64,000 nt of DNA, from the NCBI GenBank assembly GCA_965224705.1, contig OZ245056.1, positions 832,001-896,000 on the forward strand, written 5' to 3'. How positions within the stretch are numbered: position 1 is the first letter of the stretch; the number at the start of each line of letters is the position of its first letter. The notes beneath the pieces were generated by a model. The model did not search any database, was not told the DNA's origin, and saw only the letters and a program-made list of their open reading frames with translations. The position numbers and the translations under genes were made by a program. Below, piece after piece: positions 31,036 to 40,904 of the stretch. The stretch comes from Spirochaetaceae bacterium (GTDB taxonomy: Bacteria; Spirochaetota; Spirochaetia; DSM-2461).

Positions 31036-31168
31036 GAGAGCTCCTCTGAAAATCCCTTCGTCAATTTCTTGAGGACTTTTTGGACCCCCCTGGGAATAAC
31101 AGATGGGAATCATATAAACTGTCAGGAACTCCATCTTTGCAGATGGACTGGAGTCCTCAGAGCCTCAA

Positions 31169-33769
31169 TCAATCCAGAAGACTGGATATCAACTCTTCGG
31201 ACTCAATATCGGATGATGATTCCCTGCCAGACTCACCCAAATCATTGCTGAGATACAGGGGATCAATACCAAGTTCTTCCAGGAGATCCTGAGTGGTTTT
31301 CTCGGACAAGTGCTGATCTTCCAGATTCAGACTGGACGAATCAACGGCCACTCTGATGGCCTGTAACTCTTCCCTTTCCTGTTCAAATGTCATTCTTGCG
31401 CTGGTTGACCTTGGTTGAGTTCCCGCAATGAAAACCTCATGCAGAAAGAACTCCTCAGGTGTATCTTCTGTTGGAAGCATTCCTGTTCGTCTATCAATTC
31501 TAACATCCACAATACCGGACTCAGGCCTTGGGAAGTCAATTCGGGGCAATCCTTCATGAATGGTTTTCATATACCTTGCCCACACTGGCCCTGTTGATGT
31601 GGCTCCTGTCTGGTTCTGGCCCAGCGAATTACCACGCTTATCAAAACCTATCCATACAGCCGTTGTGTAATAGGGACTGTAGCCTATTGTCCAGGCATCG
31701 GTCCAATTCTGGGTTGTACCGGTTTTACCGGCAATGGGCATGTTGTCGAATCCATCAACACTCCTCCTGGCATAGGAGAGAGTCCCGTTTCTAACAGTCG
31801 ACTGGAGCAGATTCGTCATCAGCCAGGCGGCCTGTGGCGAAAGAACCTGAAGGTTTTCATGTTCCTGATCCTGCCGAAGATCGCGTTCTGGATTGATGAT
31901 AACATTGCCGTCACGATCTTCAATGTAGCGAATTGCAAAAGGAGTGACCGCACGCCCGCGATTAGCCATGGTGGCATAGGCTCTTGCCAGGCTCACAGGG
32001 GTAACACTCAGAGTGCCAAGTCCCAATGGATAAACTCGGTCAAAAGTTCTTCCAATCTCCTGGGGATCTGTTATGCCCAGCAAGTCAGCAGAACGTTTGA
32101 TTGCAGAATCAAATCCAATAGATTCCAGAACTTTCAGTGCCGGGATATTGAGGGACTTTGCCAGAGCATCCCGAAGCCGTACATGTCCATGCCATCGGCC
32201 AAAATAATTACTTGGTTCATAAGGGGTTCCATCAGGACTGATAAAACGCTCAGGACCATCATATATCAGGGTGGCCGGGGTAAATTTTCCAGAACTCACT
32301 GCCGCAGAGTAGTACAGGGGCTTAAACGCCGAACCAGGCATGACTTTGGCATTCATGGCCCTGTTGAATTGATTTTTACGATTGAACTCACTGCCGCCTA
32401 TCATAGCCAGAATATGTCCGCTTCTGTTATCCAATGTGATAAGGGCTGTTTCAACGTTGTTCATCTGCGAATGGGTTCTGGCGTTGTTATACGTTATGTT
32501 GACCAGGGATTTCAGGTTGCTGACTCCAAAGGTCATGGACATGATATCCATAAGCGGGTTCAACTCGTTTTCCAGGTATTTTTTTGCCTGCCTGTTGGAC
32601 TGCTTGCTTGCTACACGGATACTGGGAATATTGAAGGTCAGAGAAAGCATATCAATGATTCCAACCAGATTCCTCATCGCATAAGCGGTTTTAGCACTCC
32701 TGTCATTTCTATAGATGGTATTCCATTGATTAAGCCCTTCTGATATCTCTTTCTCAGCGGCTTTTTGTATGTCGAGATTCAATGTAGTATGAATGACATA
32801 CCCATCTCTATATATATCCTGCTGGCCAAAGAGGTACTTCTCAATTTCAGATCGGATGAATTCACTGAAATACGGTGCCTTATCACTGGCTAAACGGCTG
32901 AAGTAGGGTGAATCAGTAGAAGATCGGGACCAGTCGAAATTTGCCCAGTAGGTCTGAAATGATTCATCGGCTTCTTCAGCGGTCGTATAACCTGAATCCA
33001 CCATCTGATTGAGGATTTCCCTCTGACGGGATCGAGCTGCTTCTGGCTTGATTATTGGAGAATACAGCCCTGAACCAGCAAGTTGTATGACCAGCATAAC
33101 AGATTCCGCCGGTGTGTTTTCATTTGCAGAATGACCGAAGAAGAATTGGCTGGCCGCCTCAACTCCGTAAGTATTATGACCAAAGTATACGGTATTGAGA
33201 TACTGTTCAAGTATCTCCTGCTTTGTAAATCGACGTTCCATCTGGTAAGCCCACCAGAGTTCTTTGAGTTTTCTTTTCAAGGAAATCTCCGTTCTGTCGG
33301 CATGGCGCGTACCGGCCAGCTGCATGGTGATGGTACTGGCTCCCTGGAGGGAGCCTTTTCCGGTCAATAAGTATCGGGATGTTTGGTAAACAGCTCGCAG
33401 CAAACCCACAACGGAGAAGCCTGTGTGCTTAAAAAACAGGGCATCCTCTCTGGTAAGCAGGGCATATAATTGATTTTCCGGCAGTGATGTGAGAGGTATA
33501 ATATCCCTTTTCTCATCAGAAAAAAACTCAGTAATCAGTTCACCATTGATATCAAGAACACGAGACGGGATGGCGGATCGGGATGCAATCAGCTCTTCAA
33601 GGTGCATTGTGTTTTTGTTAATGGCCAGCATCAAACCAAGGGAAGTTCCCAGTACGGCGGCAATTATAAAAAGGATTGCAGTAAGAACCAAAAGGCTGAC
33701 CCGCCTCTTTACAGCTTTTTGCATGGTATGACGATATATATGGATATCATCCATGTCAATACTTTTCAC
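31169..33769 (-). CDS. Class A penicillin-binding protein (PBP1A family)
   Basis: Transglycosylase motifs ED..F..H.G, GASTITMQL, RKLKE; transpeptidase motifs PGSAFKP, SLN, KTGT. Confidence 0.93.
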   Translation of the reverse strand: MKSIDMDDIHIYRHTMQKAVKRRVSLLVLTAILFIIAAVLGTSLGLMLAINKNTMHLEELIASRSAIPSRVLDINGELITEFFSDEKRDIIPLTSLPENQLYALLTREDALFFKHTGFSVVGLLRAVYQTSRYLLTGKGSLQGASTITMQLAGTRHADRTEISLKRKLKELWWAYQMERRFTKQEILEQYLNTVYFGHNTYGVEAASQFFFGHSANENTPAESVMLVIQLAGSGLYSPIIKPEAARSRQREILNQMVDSGYTTAEEADESFQTYWANFDWSRSSTDSPYFSRLASDKAPYFSEFIRSEIEKYLFGQQDIYRDGYVIHTTLNLDIQKAAEKEISEGLNQWNTIYRNDRSAKTAYAMRNLVGIIDMLSLTFNIPSIRVASKQSNRQAKKYLENELNPLMDIMSMTFGVSNLKSLVNITYNNARTHSQMNNVETALITLDNRSGHILAMIGGSEFNRKNQFNRAMNAKVMPGSAFKPLYYSAAVSSGKFTPATLIYDGPERFISPDGTPYEPSNYFGRWHGHVRLRDALAKSLNIPALKVLESIGFDSAIKRSADLLGITDPQEIGRTFDRVYPLGLGTLSVTPVSLARAYATMANRGRAVTPFAIRYIEDRDGNVIINPERDLRQDQEHENLQVLSPQAAWLMTNLLQSTVRNGTLSYARRSVDGFDNMPIAGKTGTTQNWTDAWTIGYSPYYTTAVWIGFDKRGNSLGQNQTGATSTGPVWARYMKTIHEGLPRIDFPRPESGIVDVRIDRRTGMLPTEDTPEEFFLHEVFIAGTQPRSTSARMTFEQEREELQAIRVAVDSSSLNLEDQHLSEKTTQDLLEELGIDPLYLSNDLGESGRESSSDIESEELISSLLD

Positions 33770-33896
33770 AGCACACAGATTCTCTGTTCTACATGTTCCA
33801 GCACCCCTGCCCCGCAGACCAGATACTTCTTTTTGTCGGGTTTCGATGTGTCGATGATCACTTATGAAGTACAGCGGAGCATGAAGCGGTCAGACG

Positions 33897-34604
33897 ATGG
33901 AAATTAGAATTCTGAGTTTGGAAGACGGCGCTGAACTGGCTCGGGGAACCGTTATCATTATTGATGTTTTTCGAGCCTTTACGACAGAAGCTATCGCTTT
34001 TCAACATGGTGTAGAAAAAATATTCCTGACAGAAGATGTTCAGCAAGCGGTTAAATGGCGTACGATGGGTGTTGCGGAATACATTATGGGTGAGGTCGAT
34101 GGTATAATGCCCGGGGAATTTGATTATGACAATTCGCCCCGTCACTTCATCGAGAATCCTTCAAAATTCTCCGGGAAGCCATGTATACATCGATCCAGTT
34201 CGGGAACTCAGGGTATTGTACTGTCCTCTGTTCATGCCGAACAGATATACGCTGGTTCGTTTCTGACAGCCGAAGCGACGATTCAGGAGGTTTTACGGCA
34301 AAAATCCGGTATCGTGTCCATTGTTGCGATGGGAGTTGCGGGAAAGTACCGGGCTGATGAGGATGAACTGTGTGCTTACTACCTGCGAAGCCGTCTGGAA
34401 GGACGCAGTCCTGATACGAAAGCTATAAAAACATTGATTCGTCAGGGCAATACGTATCAGTCCTACAGGCGTTTTGCTGACGGGAACTATCCCGGGGATG
34501 CCGAAATAGCCCTGGAGATAGATCGATGTGACTTTGCGATTAGAATTGAAAGGGAAGAGGACAAACTTGTTTCAAGGCCTGTCACTCACGCCGATCTCCC
34601 TTAA
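33897..34604 (+). CDS. 2-phosphosulfolactate phosphatase (ComB)-like protein
   Basis: IIDVFRAFTT, GEVDG, FDYDNSP, SSSGT and EDELCA motifs. Confidence 0.85.
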   Translation: MEIRILSLEDGAELARGTVIIIDVFRAFTTEAIAFQHGVEKIFLTEDVQQAVKWRTMGVAEYIMGEVDGIMPGEFDYDNSPRHFIENPSKFSGKPCIHRSSSGTQGIVLSSVHAEQIYAGSFLTAEATIQEVLRQKSGIVSIVAMGVAGKYRADEDELCAYYLRSRLEGRSPDTKAIKTLIRQGNTYQSYRRFADGNYPGDAEIALEIDRCDFAIRIEREEDKLVSRPVTHADLP

Positions 34605-35239
34605 TGGTCATTTACAAGCCTGCCGATGTTCAGTATATGAGAAGCTTTTTATCTCCTCTATTGATTGTTTTTACATTGATTTCTGTTGATATTCCGCTCA
34701 TTGCATCGACATGGGAGGAAACCGGTATTGCATCCTGGTACGGAGGTATTTTTCAAGGTCGGCTGACTGCCAGTGGAGAACCATACGATACCTATGGGTA
34801 TACCTGTGCCCATAAAACTCTGCCGTTTGGAACAATCCTCGATGTTAAAAATCTCAAGAATCAGAAAATCGTCAGGGTGAGGGTTAATGATCGAGGACCC
34901 TTTGTTGAGGATAGAATAATTGATTTGACATACAGTGCCGCCAGGGAACTTGACATGATCCGGGATGGAACCGCCCGAGTACTCATTACAACGACAGAAG
35001 CAGGTTTCCCGGAAATCCGGTATAATGTTCAGATCGGAGCCTGGGGGAACCTGGATAATGCCAGACGTCACCGGCAGCATCTGGAAGAAGCCGGTTTGAA
35101 ACCAACCGCTGTTCTCAACAACAGAGGTATCACTCGTTTGTTGATGGAGAATATAGAAGAAGATGACCTGGAAGTACTTTCAGCTCGATTAGAATCCCTG
35201 GGTTATACCAACCTCCTTGTTTCCAGGGTCCGTCAATAA
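34604..35239 (+). CDS. rlpA: Septal ring lytic transglycosylase RlpA with SPOR domain
   Basis: GIASWYG, TASGE, AHKTLPFGT, VRVNDRGPF..RIIDL; C-terminal VQIGA. Confidence 0.9.
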   Translation: MVIYKPADVQYMRSFLSPLLIVFTLISVDIPLIASTWEETGIASWYGGIFQGRLTASGEPYDTYGYTCAHKTLPFGTILDVKNLKNQKIVRVRVNDRGPFVEDRIIDLTYSAARELDMIRDGTARVLITTTEAGFPEIRYNVQIGAWGNLDNARRHRQHLEEAGLKPTAVLNNRGITRLLMENIEEDDLEVLSARLESLGYTNLLVSRVRQ

Positions 35240-36057
35240 ACAAAGAGCTGCAGCGCTTCCTGAACAGCCGATGCGAATCCATTATCCTCAGCTGGGGGTA
35301 GAGTCGTATACATGGCTCTCATCTCAGCCGGAGCACTGGCCACAACATACCCATATCCTGCCCAGGCCAGCATTGATTCATCATTGTGGTCATTGCCCAG
35401 GGCCAGCACACGATGATCGGGAATGTCATTCTCCCTGCAATACCGGGCAAGGGCCTGACCCTTATTGATACCCGCTGGAAATATTTCTATCCAGGTTGAC
35501 CTGTGATCCAGTGGAGACGAACCATGAAATACCGACCATTTCGAAAGTCGTTCGAGAAGCTGTACAGGAATCCGCTGATTCACCGGCCGTATAACCAATA
35601 TCTGTGAAGCATCTCCTTCCATATCGGGTCTCAACCATTGCCTGTAAATTGTCATTCTGGTATCAAAATCCGGGTTTTTTGCTGGAGATCTATGCCGTGT
35701 ATACCGAAAATAATGATTCTTCGGTATGGGATTAAGGATGCAGTAATCCTCTTTGCAGGCATCAAGTATACTGCAAATCTCATTCACCTCTTCGGCGGAA
35801 AGCCTCCCCTTTTCTATAGGAATGGAATCCTTGTGTTCCCAGAGTCCAGCCCCCGAAGAAAACAGAACGGTATCGGCAATGTCCCACAAGCCCTCAACCC
35901 GGCCGAGAGATTCAAAGTTTCGCCCGGTAACTACCAGGATTGGAATACCCAGTGACTTGAGTTGTTCGGCAGCTTTACGATTATGTTGACCGATCCGACC
36001 ATTGACAGCCAGTGTACCATCCAGGTCGGTGGCAAGAAGAGCCGATGCAGGAGTCAT
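35233..36057 (-). CDS. Cof-like HAD hydrolase
   Basis: DLDGTL, TGR, INKG, GNDHND.SML. Confidence 0.9.
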   Translation of the reverse strand: MTPASALLATDLDGTLAVNGRIGQHNRKAAEQLKSLGIPILVVTGRNFESLGRVEGLWDIADTVLFSSGAGLWEHKDSIPIEKGRLSAEEVNEICSILDACKEDYCILNPIPKNHYFRYTRHRSPAKNPDFDTRMTIYRQWLRPDMEGDASQILVIRPVNQRIPVQLLERLSKWSVFHGSSPLDHRSTWIEIFPAGINKGQALARYCRENDIPDHRVLALGNDHNDESMLAWAGYGYVVASAPAEMRAMYTTLPPAEDNGFASAVQEALQLFVY

Positions 36058-36424
36058 GTTTTCAGTATAGCAGAACAGAAGGCCGTCCTGGAATTCTATT
36101 GTTCAATGATCTTCAAAGTATAGAATGGATACGGAGGGATTCATTCCACAGCCGATCTTACCCACTGGATTTTTTCCCATCGACTACTATGAAAATAAGA
36201 AGAAAATCAAAAAAACAGCGAGCAAATACTGGCTGAAAATGCCCTTTTTAAGCAGAATCAATCAAGTACCCCTTCAAGGCTTAAACAGCGGATAGAGGGG
36301 TTTTAATTTCATCCGAGCATCATCAGCAGCGAGATATAATCAAAAGTTGTGGAAAGGACGAAAAAAAGGGCAAATCCTTCTGTAGAATAAATGCTAATCA
36401 ACCAATACAAGAAGGAGATGCCCT

Positions 36425-37841
36425 ATGGGTAAAGAGACTACCACGGAAATGACTTTCCAGGAAGAGTGTGAAAACTGGTCCATACTGGAAAAGGTTCTAC
36501 GGGAAGGTGCACGGAGAATGTTGAAACAGGCGCTGGGAGCCTGTCGGACTTACGCCTCACGGCTCGATTTTTGCCCTTTTTTCCCGCTACGGCGTTGCCA
36601 AAATGCTCACGTAGCCCAGCTACGCTCCGCTTTTGCCGCCTTGTATCGAAAAAAAATCATCAAAAATCGCCTCGAAGTCTCAAAGTCCGACAGACTCCTA
36701 GAGAATGAAATCGAAGAATACCTCATGAAACATTCTCAGACCGATGAAAACGGCCATCGTCTGGTTGTACGGAATGGCTATCATCCCCAGCGTAATATTG
36801 TCACGGGAATCGGCCCCATGACAATCAAAGCACCGAGAGTTGATGATCGGAAAATCGATCCGGAGAGGAAAAACCCATTTACCAGTGCGATTCTTCCCCG
36901 GTATTTGAGAAAGATTCCCAGTATCGATAACCTGCTCCCTGTATTGTACTTGAAAGGAGTCTCGACAAGCGGTTTTCAGGATGTCCTGGCATCCATACCT
37001 GGGGAAGGAGCAAAAGGGCTCTCCGCTGCCAATATCATCCGTCTGAAGAAAAGCTGGGAAGATGAGTTTAACACCTGGAGCCACCGGGGTTTGAGCGGCA
37101 AGAAATATGCCTACATCTGGGTGGATGGTATTCATTTCAATGCCCGTCTGGAAGATGACCGATGCTGTATTTTGGTCATCGTCGGGGCGGATGAGAACGA
37201 AAACAAGGAGCTTATTGCCGTTGAATCGGGTTATAGAGAGTCGGCACTTAGCTGGAAGGAGATGCTGCTTTCAATTTGTCATAGGGGTTTGCACGAGGCC
37301 CCCAAGCTGGCGATTGGCGATGGGGCTCCTGGATTCTGGAAGGCTTTGACTGAGGTTTTCCCACAGACAAAGCGACAGCGATGCTGGGTCCACAAGATGG
37401 CCAATATTCTGGATAAGATGCCTAAATCTGTGCAGCCTGGAGCCAAGTCACTGATCCATGATATGTATATGGCTGATACGGAAGAAAACGCCCGGAAGGC
37501 CTATAAACATTTTATCTCTGTGTATGGGGCCAAGTACCCCAAAGCGACCGAATGCCTTAAGGAAGGATCAGGATGATCTGTTTCGATTTTATTCTTTTCC
37601 TGGTATTCACTGGATTCATATCCGCACGACAAATCCGATTGAATCAACATTCGCGACGGTCCGACTCAGGACAAAGCGAACCAAAGGTTGCGGGAGTAGA
37701 ATTGCGACTCTCACGATGGTTTGGAAGCCAAGTTGTGAGGCGGAGAAGACCTGGAAGAAGATGAAGGATTATAAACTGATCCCAAAAGTTATTCAGGAAG
37801 TTGTTTGTAAAGATGGAAATTTCATTGAGGAAGTTGCATAA
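36425..37841 (+). pseudogene. IS256 transposase with in-frame 55-codon MITE insert and a frameshift near 37565
   Basis: RNGY, LYLKGVST, WVDGIH, IGDG, QRCWVHK, then HIRTTNPIES in a second frame. Confidence 0.9.
36537..36697 (+). mobile_element. 161-bp palindromic MITE-like element, copy 3 (inside IS256 transposase)
   Basis: TIR GAGCCTGTCGGACTT/AAGTCCGACAGACTC; flanks CTGG/CTAG; splits KQAL|ENEIEE. Confidence 0.92.
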
Positions 37842-37889
37842 ATTGGAGGATTTCGCACTTTTTTCATCCACAACATTTGACAATATCTC

Positions 37890-38126
37890 GTTAAAAAAAT
37901 ATTCGAATCATCATTTTTTGAAAAGACAGCTTCTTCTTTAGTGATACCATTTACGAATTCAGATGAGATAGGTAAAGGAGATATTAAATGGCTATTGGCT
38001 ATTGACTCAACGTGGCCTCAACTTTATCTGGATAAAGAGATGCAATATCGAACCTTGGGTTTTGCAATATATGGAAGTGTTAAGCATACTATTGATAAAA
38101 TTGATGCTTCAGAGAAAAAGGATTAG
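37890..38126 (+). pseudogene. 3' remnant of an AT-rich cassette ORF truncated by IS256
   Basis: ORF-track reading frame (37941-38126) next to the IS256 end, stopping at TAG 38126 and followed by an attC. Confidence 0.45.
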
Positions 38127-38144
38127 GTGTGTTACAAAAACATC

Positions 38145-38330
38145 GCCTAACAGCATTTACACTTCCGCTCCCGTTGGTCGCTCCACCTCTTCGGGAGAGA
38201 TTTTCTTTTGTCACGGACTTTGCATACGCAAATTCCGCGCCAATCCGCCGGGAACCTGTCACGCCTTTTGCAAAGCAAAAGCCGCGCCAGAGCGGAGCAG
38301 AAAACCTCGTGTAAATGCAGAACGTTAGAC
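38145..38330 (+). other. Integron attC recombination site (long, 186 bp)
   Basis: R'' GCCTAAC ... R' GTTAGAC; inner arms GCATTTACAC/GTGTAAATGC and TCCGCTC/GAGCGGA. Confidence 0.8.
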
Positions 38331-38366
38331 GAAATTCTTTGAATTAGTATCATTCTCAATTTGTAG

Positions 38367-38395
38367 TGGACAAAGAATCCATAAAAGTTGATAAT
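38367..38395 (+). promoter_or_regulatory. Cassette-internal promoter for the TA pair
   Basis: TGGACA-17 bp-GATAAT, 6 nt before ATG 38402. Confidence 0.55.
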
Positions 38396-38401
38396 GGACT
38401 T

Positions 38402-38668
38402 ATGCCAACGTTATCAATGTTTTTTGGAATTGTAATTAGAATGTATTTGGGAAAATCAGAGCATAATCCTCCTCATTTTCATGCTTATTATCAGGGGACA
38501 AAAGCATCATTTGATATTAACAGTTGTGAAATGACAGAGGGTGATATTCCAAGCAGACAAGTAAAACTAATTGTTGCTTGGGCAGAACTTCATAAAGAAG
38601 AGTTGTTAGCTGACTGGGAGTTAGCTCAGGATGGTGAAAAACCATTTAAAATAGATCCTTTGAGGTAG
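38402..38668 (+). CDS. DUF4160 family protein (putative TA component)
   Basis: MPTLSMFFGIVIRMY...EHNPPHFHAYY...WAELHKEELLADW...KIDPL. Confidence 0.88.
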   Translation: MPTLSMFFGIVIRMYLGKSEHNPPHFHAYYQGTKASFDINSCEMTEGDIPSRQVKLIVAWAELHKEELLADWELAQDGEKPFKIDPLR

Positions 38669-38673
38669 TTTTT

Positions 38674-38928
38674 ATGTATTTAGGTGTAATTGATGTTAAA
38701 CCTTTAGATGATTATCAGCTTGAATTAGTATTTGAAAATAATGAGAATAGAATATTTGATACTACTCCATATTTAGATACTGGTATCTTTTCAGAATTAA
38801 TAGATAATTCAATGTTTAAAACAGTTCATGTAAGTTTTGATACTATAGAGTGGGCAAATGGAGCAGATTTAGATCCTGAAGTATTGTATGAGAAAAGTCA
38901 GCCTGTTCATTCAAAGAAAATCGTCTAA
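38674..38928 (+). CDS. DUF2442 family protein (putative TA partner)
   Basis: VKPLDDYQL.L.FEN.E...FD, TIEWANGADLDPE.LYE; stop codon lies in the attC R'' box. Confidence 0.88.
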   Translation: MYLGVIDVKPLDDYQLELVFENNENRIFDTTPYLDTGIFSELIDNSMFKTVHVSFDTIEWANGADLDPEVLYEKSQPVHSKKIV

Positions 38929-38965
38929 CAGACAATATATGCTCCGCTTCGCTGCGGTCGCGCTG
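38923..38965 (+). other. 5' half of a second attC, cut by IS3
   Basis: TCGTCTAAC is the exact complement of the cassette start GTTAGACGA; GC-rich arm interrupted by the IS3 end. Confidence 0.7.
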
Positions 38966-39013
38966 TGCCAGAGTAGTTGTCACACAAGTTAAGTCAACGT
39001 AGGAGGTGACAAC

Positions 39014-39502
39014 ATGCAGCGCTACAGTGTTCAATTCAGGAATACTATCTTGCAAAAGATGATCGGCCCGGAGAAACGGAAGGCAGCTGATCTCTCAGAG
39101 GAATTCGGGGTTTCTGCCGCCACAATCTATGGGTGGAAATCAAAGCTAAAAGACGGTACCCTTTCAGTTATGGAAAATGAATCAACCAGTCATGAGAGAA
39201 TACCGTCGGAGAAGCTAATGCTTCTACTCGAGTCAAAGAATATTTGTGAAGCAGAAATGGGTGAATGGCTTCGCCGAAATGGTCTGCATTCTGAGCATCT
39301 TGGGCTATGGGAACAAGAGCTCCGGGTCCTTGTTGATCAGAAAGGTGGGGATAAGTCCCGGGAGATGAAGGAGATTCGCAAGGAGCTGAAAAAGAGGGAT
39401 AAAGAGCTTAACCGTAAGGACAAGGCTCTTGCGGAGATGTCAACAATTATAGCACTTCAAAAAAAAACATCTCTTCTGTTTCAGGAGGCCGAGGACGAGT
39501 GA
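39014..39502 (+). CDS. IS3 transposase OrfA (HTH plus coiled coil)
   Basis: RYS.QFR, GVSAATIYGW; A9 run near its 3' end (possible -1 frameshift site). Confidence 0.88.
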   Translation: MQRYSVQFRNTILQKMIGPEKRKAADLSEEFGVSAATIYGWKSKLKDGTLSVMENESTSHERIPSEKLMLLLESKNICEAEMGEWLRRNGLHSEHLGLWEQELRVLVDQKGGDKSREMKEIRKELKKRDKELNRKDKALAEMSTIIALQKKTSLLFQEAEDE

Positions 39503-40542
39503 CCCATCGTCGTGTGGAAAAGCAGATTGTTTCTGATATCAAGGAGGCTGTGGCTTTAGGGGCTCCAATCTACAAATGCTGTGATGCTCTGGGAATTCAA
39601 ACAAGAACGTACTACCGGTGGACTCAATGCACCGATGATAAGCGCGCAGGGAAGGCAAGGGTGAATCCAAAGGCCCTAAGCGAACAGAAAAAGGATGCGA
39701 TCATTGCTGTTTGCTGCTCGGAAAGGTTTGTGGATACCAATCCTTATGAAATTGTTGCAATTCTTGCTGAAGAAGACACTTACCTTGCAAGTCCCAGAAC
39801 ATTCTATCGAGTGTTGAAACAGCGGGGACTCCTCTCTCACAGGCGAAGTTCAAAGCCGCCGAGAAAGTCCTACAGACCGCCGGAACTTAAAGCGACCGGC
39901 CCGGATCAAGTGTATTTCTGGGATATTACATGGATGCCCTCTCAGGTGAATGGTCTATTCTGGTATGCCTATGCTGTCATTGACGTTTGGAGCCGTGAGA
40001 TTGTTGGCTGGACCATTCATGATTCTGAGTCGGAAAAATATGCCAGGGAGTTATTCCTTAGAATTAAAGCGAAACGAGATCTCAAGGGAACCTGGCTCCA
40101 TGCGGACAATGGAAATCCCATGCGGGGAGCAACCTTTGCTGTTACTCTGGCAAACATGGGTATGTTCCTTTCGCACTCCCGGCCCTTGGTGAAGAATGAC
40201 AATCCATTCATAGAGTCATTCTTCAGGACTCTGAAATACCATGCTGGTTACCCACGGCGCTTTGCCACTATTGATGAGGCCAGGAGTTGGACGGCAGATT
40301 TCATCAACTGGTATAACACAATTCATAGGCATTCGGGAATCGGTTATGTCACACCGGTACAGCGGCGAACAGGTGCATCATCCAATCTATTCGCCAGAAG
40401 AAACCGGACACTTCAGGAGGCATGGAAGAAGCACCCTGAACGTTTTCCGAAAAGGGGTCCCCGGATGTGGAGGGAGCGTATGGTTGTCTACCTGAATCCT
40501 TCACGGGAAACCAGAAAGTTTTTATATAAAAAAGTAGGATGA
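39499..40542 (+). CDS. IS3 transposase OrfB (DDE integrase core)
   Basis: WDITW, HADNG and NPFIESFFRTLKY catalytic motifs intact. Confidence 0.92.
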   Translation: MTHRRVEKQIVSDIKEAVALGAPIYKCCDALGIQTRTYYRWTQCTDDKRAGKARVNPKALSEQKKDAIIAVCCSERFVDTNPYEIVAILAEEDTYLASPRTFYRVLKQRGLLSHRRSSKPPRKSYRPPELKATGPDQVYFWDITWMPSQVNGLFWYAYAVIDVWSREIVGWTIHDSESEKYARELFLRIKAKRDLKGTWLHADNGNPMRGATFAVTLANMGMFLSHSRPLVKNDNPFIESFFRTLKYHAGYPRRFATIDEARSWTADFINWYNTIHRHSGIGYVTPVQRRTGASSNLFARRNRTLQEAWKKHPERFPKRGPRMWRERMVVYLNPSRETRKFLYKKVG

Positions 40543-40562
40543 TCGTGACAACTTGCTTGACA

Positions 40563-40889
40563 CTAAGCGGATGGGTATAAACTCATAACGGCGTATTTGC
40601 AGCTTGTCATAACCGGGCATCTTTTGATGACATAGGGACACACTGGCTTGCTATTCTTCCTCGGGACAACTTCAACAAGCAGTGTACCAGAGGCTCCATC
40701 CACAAACCGTACTTTTTCGTACACGAACCCCTTGAAGTGATAGACTTTGTTCAGTAATGTTTTGATTAGCACCGAATTCCCTCTGTTAGCTTTGTTTTGC
40801 GAGATTTAGTTTAACAGATTTCGGTGCTTTTTGTTTTCTCTTATTTTGTCTCGGAGCTTTAGAGCACCCACACATTCTGACAGGGAGCC
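40563..40889 (-). mobile_element. ISL3-family left-end remnant with N-terminal transposase fragment
   Basis: End GGCTCCCTGTCAGAATGTGTGGG; ORF MLIKTLLNKVYHFKGFVY...PRKNSKPVC; truncated at the IS3 end. Confidence 0.75.
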
Positions 40890-40904
40890 GAATTATATAA
40901 CTTT

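Larger units (their letters stand above)
36331..37889 (+). mobile_element. IS256-family insertion sequence (degenerate)
   Basis: Imperfect TIRs GAGATATAATCAAAAGTTGTGGA / TCCACAACATTTGACAATATCTC; no matching target duplication seen. Confidence 0.9.
38966..40562 (+). mobile_element. IS3-family insertion sequence
   Basis: TG...CA ends with imperfect TIR TGCCAGAGTAGTTGTCAC / GTGACAACTTGCTTGACA; orfA/orfB layout. Confidence 0.88.

Noticed and set aside
31859..32743. Long antisense ORFs (also 10032-10709, 42213-42878, 45559-46248, 48887-49594, 55460-56143)
   Set aside because: Shadow frames of well-supported genes on the opposite strand.
38002..38359. Short ORFs overlapping the attC
   Set aside because: GC-rich palindromic attC sequence lacks stop codons by chance.
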